From Sedimentisphaerales bacterium (GTDB lineage: Bacteria > Planctomycetota > Phycisphaerae > Sedimentisphaerales > Anaerobacaceae): a stretch of DNA of 64,000 nt. Location: contig DATIKY010000344.1 of assembly GCA_035476995.1 (NCBI GenBank), positions 4,550 through 68,549 of the forward strand, written 5' to 3'. The notes beneath the pieces were generated by a model that worked only from the letters and a program-made list of their open reading frames with translations, made no database searches and was not told where the DNA came from. Positions 8,301 to 16,321 of this stretch are shown here, in pieces (position 1 is the stretch's first letter; every line of letters begins with the position of its first letter). Made by a program: the position numbers and the translations under genes.

Positions 8301-9779
8301 CCACGCCTGTTCCTTGTTCTCCTCGACAGGCTTGGCGGCCAACAATTGGGTCCGAGCCTGCAGACCCAGCAACTTCGCCTCCGTGACGACCTGCGGATCG
8401 GTCTTGGCAAGCTCCACAAGTTGCCCAGCCAGTTCCTGCACCTTGGGCCAGTTTCTGGCCTGAGCGAACAGTTGCGTCAGATAAAGGCGGGCTTGGACAT
8501 ACTCGGATTGCGGAGCCGCCCCACTCTGCTCTCCAGGGCGTTTGTTCAGCATGATCTGCAACTGGTTGATCGCCGACTGCGTGTCGCCCAGGCGGGAATA
8601 GGCGGAAGCGAGCCGCCGGTACACCTCTTCAGGGGCCCGCGGGCTCAGGGAAATCGCCCGCTGCCAGCTCGCCACGGCGTCCCGCAGACGACCCTGCTTC
8701 TCCGCCAGCAGACCTTCGAGATAGGCCTGCGTCGGCGGATCCAGTTCCTGATCACGCATCCGGGCCAGATAGCCCTCGACGTTGTCCAGGCGTCCCGCGA
8801 AAATGAGCAGACGCGTTGCGGTGGCGATGAAATCCCAGGACTCCGACGTCGCCTTCATGCCTTCGTCGGCGACCATGAACATCTCGTCCGCAGAGGCCGT
8901 CCGGAAGGCCAGGACCGCCCAGGTCTGCCACAGCCGGGGGTCGGTCTTGTCGATCTCCTGCAGGGCCTGAAGCTGCTCCCTCGCCTTGTCCAGGTTCCCT
9001 GCGACGATCAGTCCCTCCACCAGAAGCAAGCGAGTCGGCGCGTCCGATAGATCGCACGACATCGCCCGCGTCAGGTCGGCCAGCGCCTTGTCCTTGTCTT
9101 TCTGCCCCAGATAGTATCCCGCTCGCGTGACATAAGCCCGGGCCGACTCGGGATTCTTCTCGACGGCGTCGTCTAACCAGGCAAGGGCCGGTCGCTTCAC
9201 GGTTTCGGGCCGTTCCGCAGCCCACAGGCCCATGACGGTGTACGCCGGAACCTCGCCGGGATATTTGTCAACGACGGTCTTGACCTCCGCCACAGCCTTG
9301 TCGAACTCTCGCAACTGCCAGAAGGCCTGCCCCAGCATTCGACGCAAGCCGGGATCGTCCTGGATCTCGAGATGGCGAGTCGCGATCCCGATGGCGTCGC
9401 TCGGCACTCTCATGTCCAGATATAGTTGCGTGAGCTTCTTGGCCGTCTCAATGTCGTTCGGTCGAAACCGCAGAGCGTTCCGGTAGGCCGCAATGGCCTG
9501 CTGGATGTTGCCCTGGCTCATCGGCCGGCGATTCATCTGCGCGTCGGCGTACTTGACCAGCATCGCGACATCCTGGTTGTTCCTCGCGATATAGCGGCCC
9601 AGTTGCTCGGCGGCCTCGTCCCATTTCTTCGCTTCGAAGGCTTTGAGCCCTCGCGGGAGCGCCTGCTCGGCTTTCGTGGTCGTCTGCCAGGCGTGCAGCG
9701 CGTACACCGAAACCCCGAAGACTCCCGAGGCGACGATCAGAACGATCGCCAGCTTCCAGTTGAAGTATCTCATCGCCAT
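5373..9779 (-). CDS. giant TPR-repeat protein with N-terminal membrane anchor (PEP-CTERM-system PrsT-like)
   Basis: 1468 aa. The N-terminal helix is WKLAIVLIVASGVFGVSVYAL. After it come dozens of 34-residue TPR-like units (e.g. AIAAYRNALRFRPNDIETAKKLTQLYLDM, ALEDLGQAIALEPHNAENWEARARVYSLSG). It lies inside the exosortase operon. Confidence 0.85.
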   Translation of the reverse strand: MAMRYFNWKLAIVLIVASGVFGVSVYALHAWQTTTKAEQALPRGLKAFEAKKWDEAAEQLGRYIARNNQDVAMLVKYADAQMNRRPMSQGNIQQAIAAYRNALRFRPNDIETAKKLTQLYLDMRVPSDAIGIATRHLEIQDDPGLRRMLGQAFWQLREFDKAVAEVKTVVDKYPGEVPAYTVMGLWAAERPETVKRPALAWLDDAVEKNPESARAYVTRAGYYLGQKDKDKALADLTRAMSCDLSDAPTRLLLVEGLIVAGNLDKAREQLQALQEIDKTDPRLWQTWAVLAFRTASADEMFMVADEGMKATSESWDFIATATRLLIFAGRLDNVEGYLARMRDQELDPPTQAYLEGLLAEKQGRLRDAVASWQRAISLSPRAPEEVYRRLASAYSRLGDTQSAINQLQIMLNKRPGEQSGAAPQSEYVQARLYLTQLFAQARNWPKVQELAGQLVELAKTDPQVVTEAKLLGLQARTQLLAAKPVEENKEQAWREIETELAVLDKEANGAPGVKLLQVQIAMTQGKFADASSALSELESKNPSELRLTLVRAELSAAEGQNEKARTLYLNAIAAHPQAFDPVRGLAVLLDRQNQRTECESVLKAAIARFEEPQLRRDCGLLLAELYYRWQEQEKLCQWLTDLTVQFPNDIQSRRMLLGCDQLVQDASRSQKVIEEIKVLEGERGSRWRYEQARLWIRLHSDEVKRDPEKKFSHYAQTVKLLQENLLTNPEDQGSRLLLAATYEMAREQQLALTMYREAFEKSPNDSQVLVRLVTALHKANEFDEAATILEKVGPQQLNNPDLQQFLVERDYRRGDIDSASDTLEQMVLRDPNNSNLTLSYARVLVLRKEFAKAESLLSDLRARTPDPNVIPVIRAQLQLHIQQGNTGKAMQICNEAVDQLRNAKAYLLRADMLITLGQGGKALEDLGQAIALEPHNAENWEARARVYSLSGRVPEAISDVRRALALSPQEPRIQKLSAALFIASGKQSLLREAEAMLDKALADQSGPQEKKDPQLRVYKARILILRGTGPSIEEARQLLRQVTTDYPKYADGWELMTQLELNQGEPGRALDFATRALAHNEQHKQLLLLKAIAEKRLSPSVAALTTLPSLAKQYPDDVGILIEWADAYAQANRSEKAVELLSGKLADFEGLARRRCEIALAAALYTDQQREKAQELFDKLIAADPNDPTPVMLLGQLLRKERRWTQVNQLLNSWRTTSPRDAETATNMARILAQSGDREGLQMAEDQLRMILDPNPQAVPTLVLLSMLMQDAGRNEEAARLNRRILELDPNNVIAINNLAWMLCDKPSPSAEATNEALTLANRGLSLMPDYMDLLDTRGVAYYKSGDMARAEADLVKCLSLFPAGSAQSAAPQFHLARVYAATNRRTQAVEHLRIALNLNRRSIQLARDHDQALRRTHAIKVLRDALSLQEEMDQFKMGFDQQDLVDVRPGEDWTEARLLLDQLQKGR

Positions 9780-9891
9780 TGGCCTGCCCTTTCCTACTGC
9801 ACCAGAGGCCTTCCCGCGGCTGCCGAGACAGCCCGCGTTCGGGACCCGATGGACGCAGACGCACTCGCGGCTCGATTCCTGCGTTTGCGTC

Positions 9892-11604
9892 TCAGAACTG
9901 ATTCACAAAATTCTCAACCATTCTGCGGAATGTCCGCCAGCAGATCCACAGATCCAGCCCCGGCGAGAGATTCCGGACGTATTCCGTGTCGTAATGAATC
10001 CACTCCTGGAAATCCTTGTGGGCCGCACGAGTCCTGCAGACCTGCCACAACCCGGTGATGCCCGGTCGCACGGAAAGCCTCGCGTCGCGCCACGAGGCAC
10101 ACAACGTATTCTCGAATTCGGGCGACGGCCTGGGTCCCACCACGCTCATCTGCCCGCACAGCACATTGAAGAACTGCGGAATCTCGTCCAGATACGTCTC
10201 CCGCAGAAAGCGTCCGACCGTCGTGATGCGCGGGTCGTCCGCCATTTTGAACTGGGGACCGTCCACCTCGCAGACGAACCGCAGCTTGTCCTGCATCTTG
10301 TCGGCCCCCTGACGCATGGTGCGAAACTTGATGCAGTCGAACATCTTGCCGTGAAGGCCCTGCCGCCTGTCGTGGAAGAAGATCGGCCCCGGAGAGCTCA
10401 AGCGGACCGCCAGGGCGATCACCGGGATCACCGGCGCAAACAGCGCCAGCACGATCACAGCGGCGAACACGTCCGCCATCCTCTTGATCGAGCGGGCGTA
10501 CGAAAACTTCGGCCACGTGCGAAACGCGCTCTCCAAACGACCACATACGTGCTCTCGCGGCTTCGTTGCCCGCCGGACTGTCCCGGCGTCGCCTCCGTTT
10601 CCGTTCCGCCCCGGCTCCCGCGCCAGGCGGCCGCGAAGCACTTGGCCGGACTCCACCGACACGCGGGTCCCCACAATCGCGGAATCGACCACCGAGTCCC
10701 TGCGAACCGTGCAATCGTCGCACAAGACGGCCGGTCCCACAACGATGGCGCCGGGCTCCACCGTCACCTTCCGGCCCAGCACGACCGGACCGATCAGACG
10801 AGGGGCGTCGCCGACGCCGTCGCGGCCAGGGACGTCGTTGGGGTCGCGCAGGGTCGAGGAGGACGGCTCTCGCGACTCGGAGAGCCCCAGGACCATTCCA
10901 CACACGGCCAGCATGCCTTCCTCGGAATCCAGATCGAACACCGTCCCCGCGACGGCCATTCCGCGCATCGTATAGTTTCCGGCCCGGCACGCGTCGACCA
11001 CCGCGTCGAAGCCGGCCAGCAGATTCGGCTTGACGACCGCCTCGAACATGTCCGGTCGGACCAGCAGATGGTTCGGCCACCCGGCCGGCACCGCTATCGG
11101 CACGACCGAATCGGCGAACAACCGCCGATAGCCGACCAATCGATTGTCCGGCGTGAGACGAACCCGTTCCCGATAAGCCATCAGTTCCGGATCGATGTTC
11201 ACCGCGATGACGTCCGCCTGCATCCCCTCCACCGCGCGCGTCACCAGCAGGTGGTTCACGCACGTCGCAAACCGGCCGTCCGTGACAACGACCCACCGGT
11301 CGTTGTGTTGCGGAAGACCGTCGGCCCGGGCCCGTTCCCAGGAACATCGCGACAGACGATCGATCGAGACCTCTTGGCACCAGGTTTCCGGAAGAATCCA
11401 CTGGGATTGACGCGGGCTTGTCCAGCCGGCCATGGGAGGCCGACCGACCGCCGTGCGGCACCGCCACAAATGGTCCATCCCGTCCAACAGCACCCGGTTC
11501 AACGGGTTCGTGGACAAACCATACCGCAGCAGACTCCCTCTGCCGCCGACGGCGCTGTCTCCACTGTCTCGAATGACGATCGCCTGCATATCCAACCAGA
11601 TCAC
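9892..11604 (-). CDS. priming polyprenyl-phosphate sugar transferase (EpsB/WbaP-type, PF02397-like) with N-terminal nucleotidyltransferase-like + hexapeptide-repeat module
   Basis: The C-terminal 195 aa carry a TM helix ([22 protein letters not shown]) and bacterial sugar transferase hallmarks ([58 protein letters not shown]). The N-terminal ~330 aa contain [13 protein letters not shown] and the hexapeptide run [32 protein letters not shown]. Confidence 0.85.
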   Translation of the reverse strand: MIWLDMQAIVIRDSGDSAVGGRGSLLRYGLSTNPLNRVLLDGMDHLWRCRTAVGRPPMAGWTSPRQSQWILPETWCQEVSIDRLSRCSWERARADGLPQHNDRWVVVTDGRFATCVNHLLVTRAVEGMQADVIAVNIDPELMAYRERVRLTPDNRLVGYRRLFADSVVPIAVPAGWPNHLLVRPDMFEAVVKPNLLAGFDAVVDACRAGNYTMRGMAVAGTVFDLDSEEGMLAVCGMVLGLSESREPSSSTLRDPNDVPGRDGVGDAPRLIGPVVLGRKVTVEPGAIVVGPAVLCDDCTVRRDSVVDSAIVGTRVSVESGQVLRGRLAREPGRNGNGGDAGTVRRATKPREHVCGRLESAFRTWPKFSYARSIKRMADVFAAVIVLALFAPVIPVIALAVRLSSPGPIFFHDRRQGLHGKMFDCIKFRTMRQGADKMQDKLRFVCEVDGPQFKMADDPRITTVGRFLRETYLDEIPQFFNVLCGQMSVVGPRPSPEFENTLCASWRDARLSVRPGITGLWQVCRTRAAHKDFQEWIHYDTEYVRNLSPGLDLWICWRTFRRMVENFVNQF

Positions 11605-11636
11605 GTTCCCGTCGTCTGTTCACCCGTCGGTGGAAA

Positions 11637-13940
11637 TCAGTTCTCCGCCGGACGATCGCCGCCCGGTCCGGACGACGCCAGCAGCAGCTTCTTAGGTTTG
11701 CCGCCCTTGCGGGTGGTGGCCGCACTTCGCGACCGATACGTATAGCCTTGACGATACAGGCCCTGATCCGCAGGGACGTTGCTCACGACGGCGCCCAGGA
11801 TTCGCGCCCGGATGCGGGCGAACCGCTCCTTGGCCTCCTTCAGATCGGGCCCAGTCGTCTGCCCGGCGAAGCTGACCAGGATCACCGCGTCGGTGAGCTT
11901 GGCCCAAACCAGCGCGTCGGGGAAAGCCAGCGTCGGCGGACTGTCCACGATCAGGTGATCGTACTCCCGTCCCAGTCGCTCCATCTGCTCGGAAGCCGTG
12001 GAGGAGGTCAGCAACTCATAGGCGTCGCCCGAGTGGCGGGGATTGGCCGCCAGAACGTGCAGGCCGCTCGACGGCAGCACGCACACGACGCCGCTGGGGT
12101 CTTCGCCCAGCAGAACGTTCTGCAGACCGCTGGTGTTGTTCAGGACGTTGAGCATGTGCCCGATGTCGGGCTTTCGAAGATCGCCGTCGATCAGCAGCAC
12201 CTTCTTGCCGGACTTGGCCAGGCTGGTCGCCAGGTTGACCGCGAACGTGGTCTTGCCCTCGCGCATGCCGGGGCTGCTGATGACGAGCCGCTTGGGCGTG
12301 CCCCCGTTGTACAGGAGACCGAGGTTGGTGCGGATCGTCTGATAGTCGCCCGCGATCTGCTCGGCGAACAAGGCCGGCTTGACCGTCCGCGAACTCGTCG
12401 TGGTCCCGAGAATCGGCAGATCGGCCTGCCGCATGATATCCGCCGGAGTCTGGATCGTCTTATCCAGCTTATCCCGCAAGAACGCCAGGCCCAGTCCGCA
12501 TCCCAGCGCGCCGAACACCACCATGCCGGCATATTTGACGCGGTCATCGTCCTTGCCTTTCACCTCCGCCATCGAGGCGATCTCCACGCGGGGCCGGCGA
12601 TCCCGCTCCATCTCGAACCATTTGAGCCGCTGGTTCACCCGATCGAGCACCTGTTCATTCATTTCCAGACTGCGCTGCTCGTCCTGGATGTCGAGATTGG
12701 TGGTTCCCATCTCGACGGTCCGCGCCTGCTGCACGCTCAGAATGCGCCGGATTTCGTCGATGTGGGCTTCGACCTGGGTCTTCTGGGCCTTGGCTTCAAG
12801 CACCCGCTGCTGGGCCGCTTCCTTGAGTCTGCCCTCCAGATTGGCGTCGAACTCCTCCGCGAGAACCTTGCGCCGCTCCTCGAGTTTCTGCTGAAAAGCT
12901 TTCAGCACCGCCAATCGCTGCGTGTAAACCGGGTTGCCCGGCAGGTGCGTCTGCTGGGCGACGATCAACTCCCGCTCCATCTGGACGATGTTGGTCGACA
13001 ACTCCGCGATCATAGGATCCGAGTTGATGTGGTTGGTGCGCGCGTTCACGATCTGCTCCGGGGCCAGCGACATCACCTCGGTCTTCTCGTATACGCCGAT
13101 GTCCGCTTCGATCTTGACCCGATCCGCCTCGAGTTGGGTCAGTCGGCCCTGCAAGGCGCTTTGGGTCTGGAGCTCCACCGCCTGGAGAGCGTCGAGCCCG
13201 GTCGATCCGTACTGCATCGCCATTTTCCGGAGCTTGCTTCGCGATTCGGCGATTCGTTTCCCGTACTCATTCCGCTGAGTCTCCAGAATCGTGATATTCT
13301 GGCTCTCGCTCGTCGTGGTCTCCACGCCGTACTGGCCGACGTAGTTGCGCAGGAATGAATTGACGATGATCCGAGCCTCGTCGTCGTTCTGGCTCCTCAT
13401 CGTCACCGCCATCAGTTCGGAGCCCTGCAGGTAACCGGCCGTAATCTTCTGCTTGGCGATCGCCTTGCGAAGGACCTGGTCGGGCAGTTCATTGACGTCC
13501 TTGGGCAGAATTCTCGCCAGGAGCTTCTCGATCCGCGTGCTGGGCCTGCCGCTGAAGAACGCCAGATTGCGACCCGCCAGGTCGTCTACGATCTTCTGAA
13601 GCCGCTGCTCGTCCGTTATCAACAGCATGGCCTGGGTGTTCACGAACGGCGCGTAGCTGGACACCTCGTCGGGCGACGGCGTGTTGTCCAGAATGCCAGG
13701 GACCACTGGTTTGACTCGAACCAGGCCCTGGACCACATACACCGGCTCGACCAGGAACCACACCACAGGGAGCCCGGCCGCGATGATCAGCAACGCCACG
13801 ACCACGACGATGGGCCATCGCCTGCGCACACTCTCCATGAGGTTCGACGTCGGGGGGGCTTCCTGGACCTCGGCCGGCGGCTCATAGACGATCGGCTTCT
13901 GCTCGATCACCTGATCCAGATACTTCTCCAGGTTGTTCAT
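11637..13940 (-). CDS. polysaccharide co-polymerase / tyrosine autokinase (Wzc/GumC-type chain-length determinant)
   Basis: It has an N-terminal TM helix, a Wzz-like region, a long coiled-coil periplasmic region and a second TM helix. The C-terminal P-loop domain reads ISSPGMREGKTTFAVNLATSLAKSGKKVLLIDGDLRKPD, with a short Tyr-containing tail YRQGYTYRS. Confidence 0.9.
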   Translation of the reverse strand: MNNLEKYLDQVIEQKPIVYEPPAEVQEAPPTSNLMESVRRRWPIVVVVALLIIAAGLPVVWFLVEPVYVVQGLVRVKPVVPGILDNTPSPDEVSSYAPFVNTQAMLLITDEQRLQKIVDDLAGRNLAFFSGRPSTRIEKLLARILPKDVNELPDQVLRKAIAKQKITAGYLQGSELMAVTMRSQNDDEARIIVNSFLRNYVGQYGVETTTSESQNITILETQRNEYGKRIAESRSKLRKMAMQYGSTGLDALQAVELQTQSALQGRLTQLEADRVKIEADIGVYEKTEVMSLAPEQIVNARTNHINSDPMIAELSTNIVQMERELIVAQQTHLPGNPVYTQRLAVLKAFQQKLEERRKVLAEEFDANLEGRLKEAAQQRVLEAKAQKTQVEAHIDEIRRILSVQQARTVEMGTTNLDIQDEQRSLEMNEQVLDRVNQRLKWFEMERDRRPRVEIASMAEVKGKDDDRVKYAGMVVFGALGCGLGLAFLRDKLDKTIQTPADIMRQADLPILGTTTSSRTVKPALFAEQIAGDYQTIRTNLGLLYNGGTPKRLVISSPGMREGKTTFAVNLATSLAKSGKKVLLIDGDLRKPDIGHMLNVLNNTSGLQNVLLGEDPSGVVCVLPSSGLHVLAANPRHSGDAYELLTSSTASEQMERLGREYDHLIVDSPPTLAFPDALVWAKLTDAVILVSFAGQTTGPDLKEAKERFARIRARILGAVVSNVPADQGLYRQGYTYRSRSAATTRKGGKPKKLLLASSGPGGDRPAEN

Positions 13941-13958
13941 AAATCGGTTCTCCCACTA

Positions 13959-15938
13959 TTAAGGGTCTGGTACGTGTTGAGGTTGCCGCCGGGAAACGAT
14001 GGCCAGCTCGATCGGAACCGGGAGGGTGGTCAGCCGGGTCAGAACCCACAGCTCCACCACCACCACGCCCAGCGCCAGGGGCATCATGGCGTATCCGCCG
14101 TAATCGTGAAACCCCTGTCTCCATCCTTCTCCCTCGATCATCGTAAAAGCCACGCTTGTCACCGCAAGTCGCAGCGTATTGCACAACAGAGCGATCGGAA
14201 GGCTGGAGATCAGAATGACCGCCTTGGCCCACCATTCCCGCCGCGTCAACAGCACGACCAAGCCGGTGATCACGAAGAACGCCGTGATCATCCGCAGACC
14301 GTTGCACGCCTCGGCCACCGCCACGCTCGTGTCTCCGATGTGGATGATGTTGCCGTCCCGCAGGATATCCCAGCCGCCCAACTCCAGGCAGAAGACCGCC
14401 GAGCCCGTGGCCCACTGCTGCAGCGGAATCGCCAGCGCCTGCTGGACGCGGTTGGGCCAGGGCAGCATCAGGCACAGAAACACCAGCACGCCCGCCAGCT
14501 TCCACAGATGTCGCCAGCCCAGCATCAACAGCACCAGCGCCGCAACCGCCAGAACCAGGGACAACCGCTCGGCCGACTGATACATGTAGAACAGTCCCGC
14601 CGTACGGAGCGCCTGCGTGGCGACGATCGCCGCCCCCCCCGCCAGAATCGCCGAGCGGAGTCGAATCGCGCCAAACTCCTGCCGGCGCGACCAGACCACG
14701 TAAGCCGCCAGGAACGGAACCAGCATTCCCGAGGAATACTCGTCGCTTCGAGTCCAGATGTCCATCAGTTCGCCCATGGTGGGCCAGTACGACCACAGCA
14801 GCGCGGCCAGGACCGCCAGACCCGCGGACAACAGGGCCGTCTGACCGGGCGACAGACCCAGCCGCTCGCCCAGGGACCGCAGGAACCGGTCGGCTCGCGA
14901 TGCCCCGACCGGGACCGCCTGCGCGGGATCGACCACGCGCTCGCCCTCCTCGCAAGACGCCGTCCGTCGGACGACACAGTCGTGGTCCGGCACCGAGACC
15001 CGATAATCCAGGATCGAATCGCGAACCTGAGAACCCCTGCCGATCACGGCCCCCGCCCACAACACGCTCTTGACCACCGCGCTGTTCTCGCCCACCACGA
15101 CGTTACGTCCGATCATCGCAGGACCCATGACCACCGCGCCCTCCAGAATCCGGGCGTGATCACCGATCAGGACCGGCCCACAGATTCGAGCGCCGGGATG
15201 CGTAACCGCCTCGACGCCTTCATATATCGGACCTTGCCGCGACATCTCGCAGGTTCCATCGCGCAGCCCGACCAGCCTACCGCTTTGAAACAGAGTGTCG
15301 ACCGCCTCAAGGTATCCCGTGTGATCGTGGAAGTTCCCGACCGAATGCGAGAGCACGAACGGCCGAACCGTTCCTCCCGCGCGCAGAATCGCCGGAACCA
15401 CGCCCTCTTTGATGTCTGAATAACCGCCGCAGGGAATCCGCTCAAGCACCTGCGGCTGGCACAAGAAGATCTCCGCCGCCGGACCGGGCTTCGCGGAATC
15501 CGACGTTCCGGGATTGAATACCATCGTCAGGTCGGCTCCCCCGGCTCGATGCGTCTCGACGAGCTCCGCGATCGAGGGTGGAACCGCGAGGCTGCCGGAG
15601 AGCACAAGAATCGGACCCTGGGAATCGCGGGGCGCCGCGTCGCGAAGGCACCCCCCCGTTCCGTTGATCAGTTCTTCGACCCGAAGCGTCACCGCCAACC
15701 GGCTGTCGCGACACATCGCCGTCACGTCCGCCGCCACGTCGCCCGGGCAACAGACGGTCACGTCGGAGAGCCCCTCCTCGGCCAGATGATCCAGCAACCG
15801 CGCCAGCGCGGGCCGGTCCGCGATCGGCCACAACGCCGCAGGCAGACGCGCAGCCAGCGGGCATCGTCCGAAGTCGCGTCCTCCGACGAGCACGACCGTG
15901 CAGATCTCCAGGCCCTTCACTGTGTTTTCACCGGCCAT
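13959..15938 (-). CDS. exosortase (EpsH family) fused to an N-terminal nucleotidyltransferase-like + hexapeptide-repeat module
   Basis: The start was set at ATG 15936-15938 (MAGENTVKGLEICTVVLVGG). The C-terminal ~290 aa are polytopic and carry exosortase active-site motifs: VAVAEACNGLRM (Cys), LLCNTLRLAV (Arg) and GFHDYGGYAMMP (His). The N-terminal ~330 aa contain LVGGRDFGRCPL..LWPIADRPAL and the LbH run RICGPVLIGDHARILEGAVVMGPAMIGRNVVVGENSAV. Confidence 0.85.
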   Translation of the reverse strand: MAGENTVKGLEICTVVLVGGRDFGRCPLAARLPAALWPIADRPALARLLDHLAEEGLSDVTVCCPGDVAADVTAMCRDSRLAVTLRVEELINGTGGCLRDAAPRDSQGPILVLSGSLAVPPSIAELVETHRAGGADLTMVFNPGTSDSAKPGPAAEIFLCQPQVLERIPCGGYSDIKEGVVPAILRAGGTVRPFVLSHSVGNFHDHTGYLEAVDTLFQSGRLVGLRDGTCEMSRQGPIYEGVEAVTHPGARICGPVLIGDHARILEGAVVMGPAMIGRNVVVGENSAVVKSVLWAGAVIGRGSQVRDSILDYRVSVPDHDCVVRRTASCEEGERVVDPAQAVPVGASRADRFLRSLGERLGLSPGQTALLSAGLAVLAALLWSYWPTMGELMDIWTRSDEYSSGMLVPFLAAYVVWSRRQEFGAIRLRSAILAGGAAIVATQALRTAGLFYMYQSAERLSLVLAVAALVLLMLGWRHLWKLAGVLVFLCLMLPWPNRVQQALAIPLQQWATGSAVFCLELGGWDILRDGNIIHIGDTSVAVAEACNGLRMITAFFVITGLVVLLTRREWWAKAVILISSLPIALLCNTLRLAVTSVAFTMIEGEGWRQGFHDYGGYAMMPLALGVVVVELWVLTRLTTLPVPIELAIVSRRQPQHVPDP

Positions 15939-16321
15939 TGGCTCTTCGTCTCGCCTGAGAACTTCCCCAGGCAGGCCCCATAATCCATCTTTTCGGAATA
16001 CCCCGCGCCGATGCGGGAGCACTACAGAGCTGTCTCCCACCGGCACAAATCCAGGATATCCCACCCATAGACACACTTCTCAGCACTCTGGCGTCTCCAC
16101 CGTTCCGTGGCACTTCTCCAGAGCTCGTTTCGCCGGGAGGCGAAAACCCCTCGTCCATGAACCGACGCATCCTAACACAGGGGCGTCGTGGTTTCCACTG
16201 AATTCCATGATCGCCGGCGACCGCCATCGGGCACAGGGCCCTGCCCGAACGCAGAGCGTTCGTCGCCGCAAACCCGACGGAGGCACGTCTTTATCATCGG
16301 CCGAGCGTACCCCCTACATGA

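Noticed and set aside
6975-9050. A 691-aa plus-strand ORF antisense to the TPR gene. Similar long antisense or shadow ORFs occur at 9643-11745(+), 9914-11725(-), 11748-13358(+), 13882-15060(-), 13974-15419(+), 16589-17689(+), 17925-19352(+), 17938-19086(-), 21682-22848(+), 24125-25231(+), 24709-25797(+), 26545-27663(+), 27660-29642(+) and 29398-30852(+).
   Set aside because: These are typical high-GC shadow ORFs. Their translations are dominated by R/G/P/A/H/Q with no recognisable motifs, no signal or TM logic and no SD-linked starts. In every case the overlapping frame carries unambiguous family signatures (TPR units, PF02397, Wzc P-loop, exosortase motifs, dehydrogenase and GT motifs).
16127-16147. 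A short hairpin, TTTCGCC-ggga-GGCGAAA, between ugd and the exosortase gene.
   Set aside because: The stem is only 7 bp and there is no U-tract on either strand. This is insufficient to call a terminator or attenuator.
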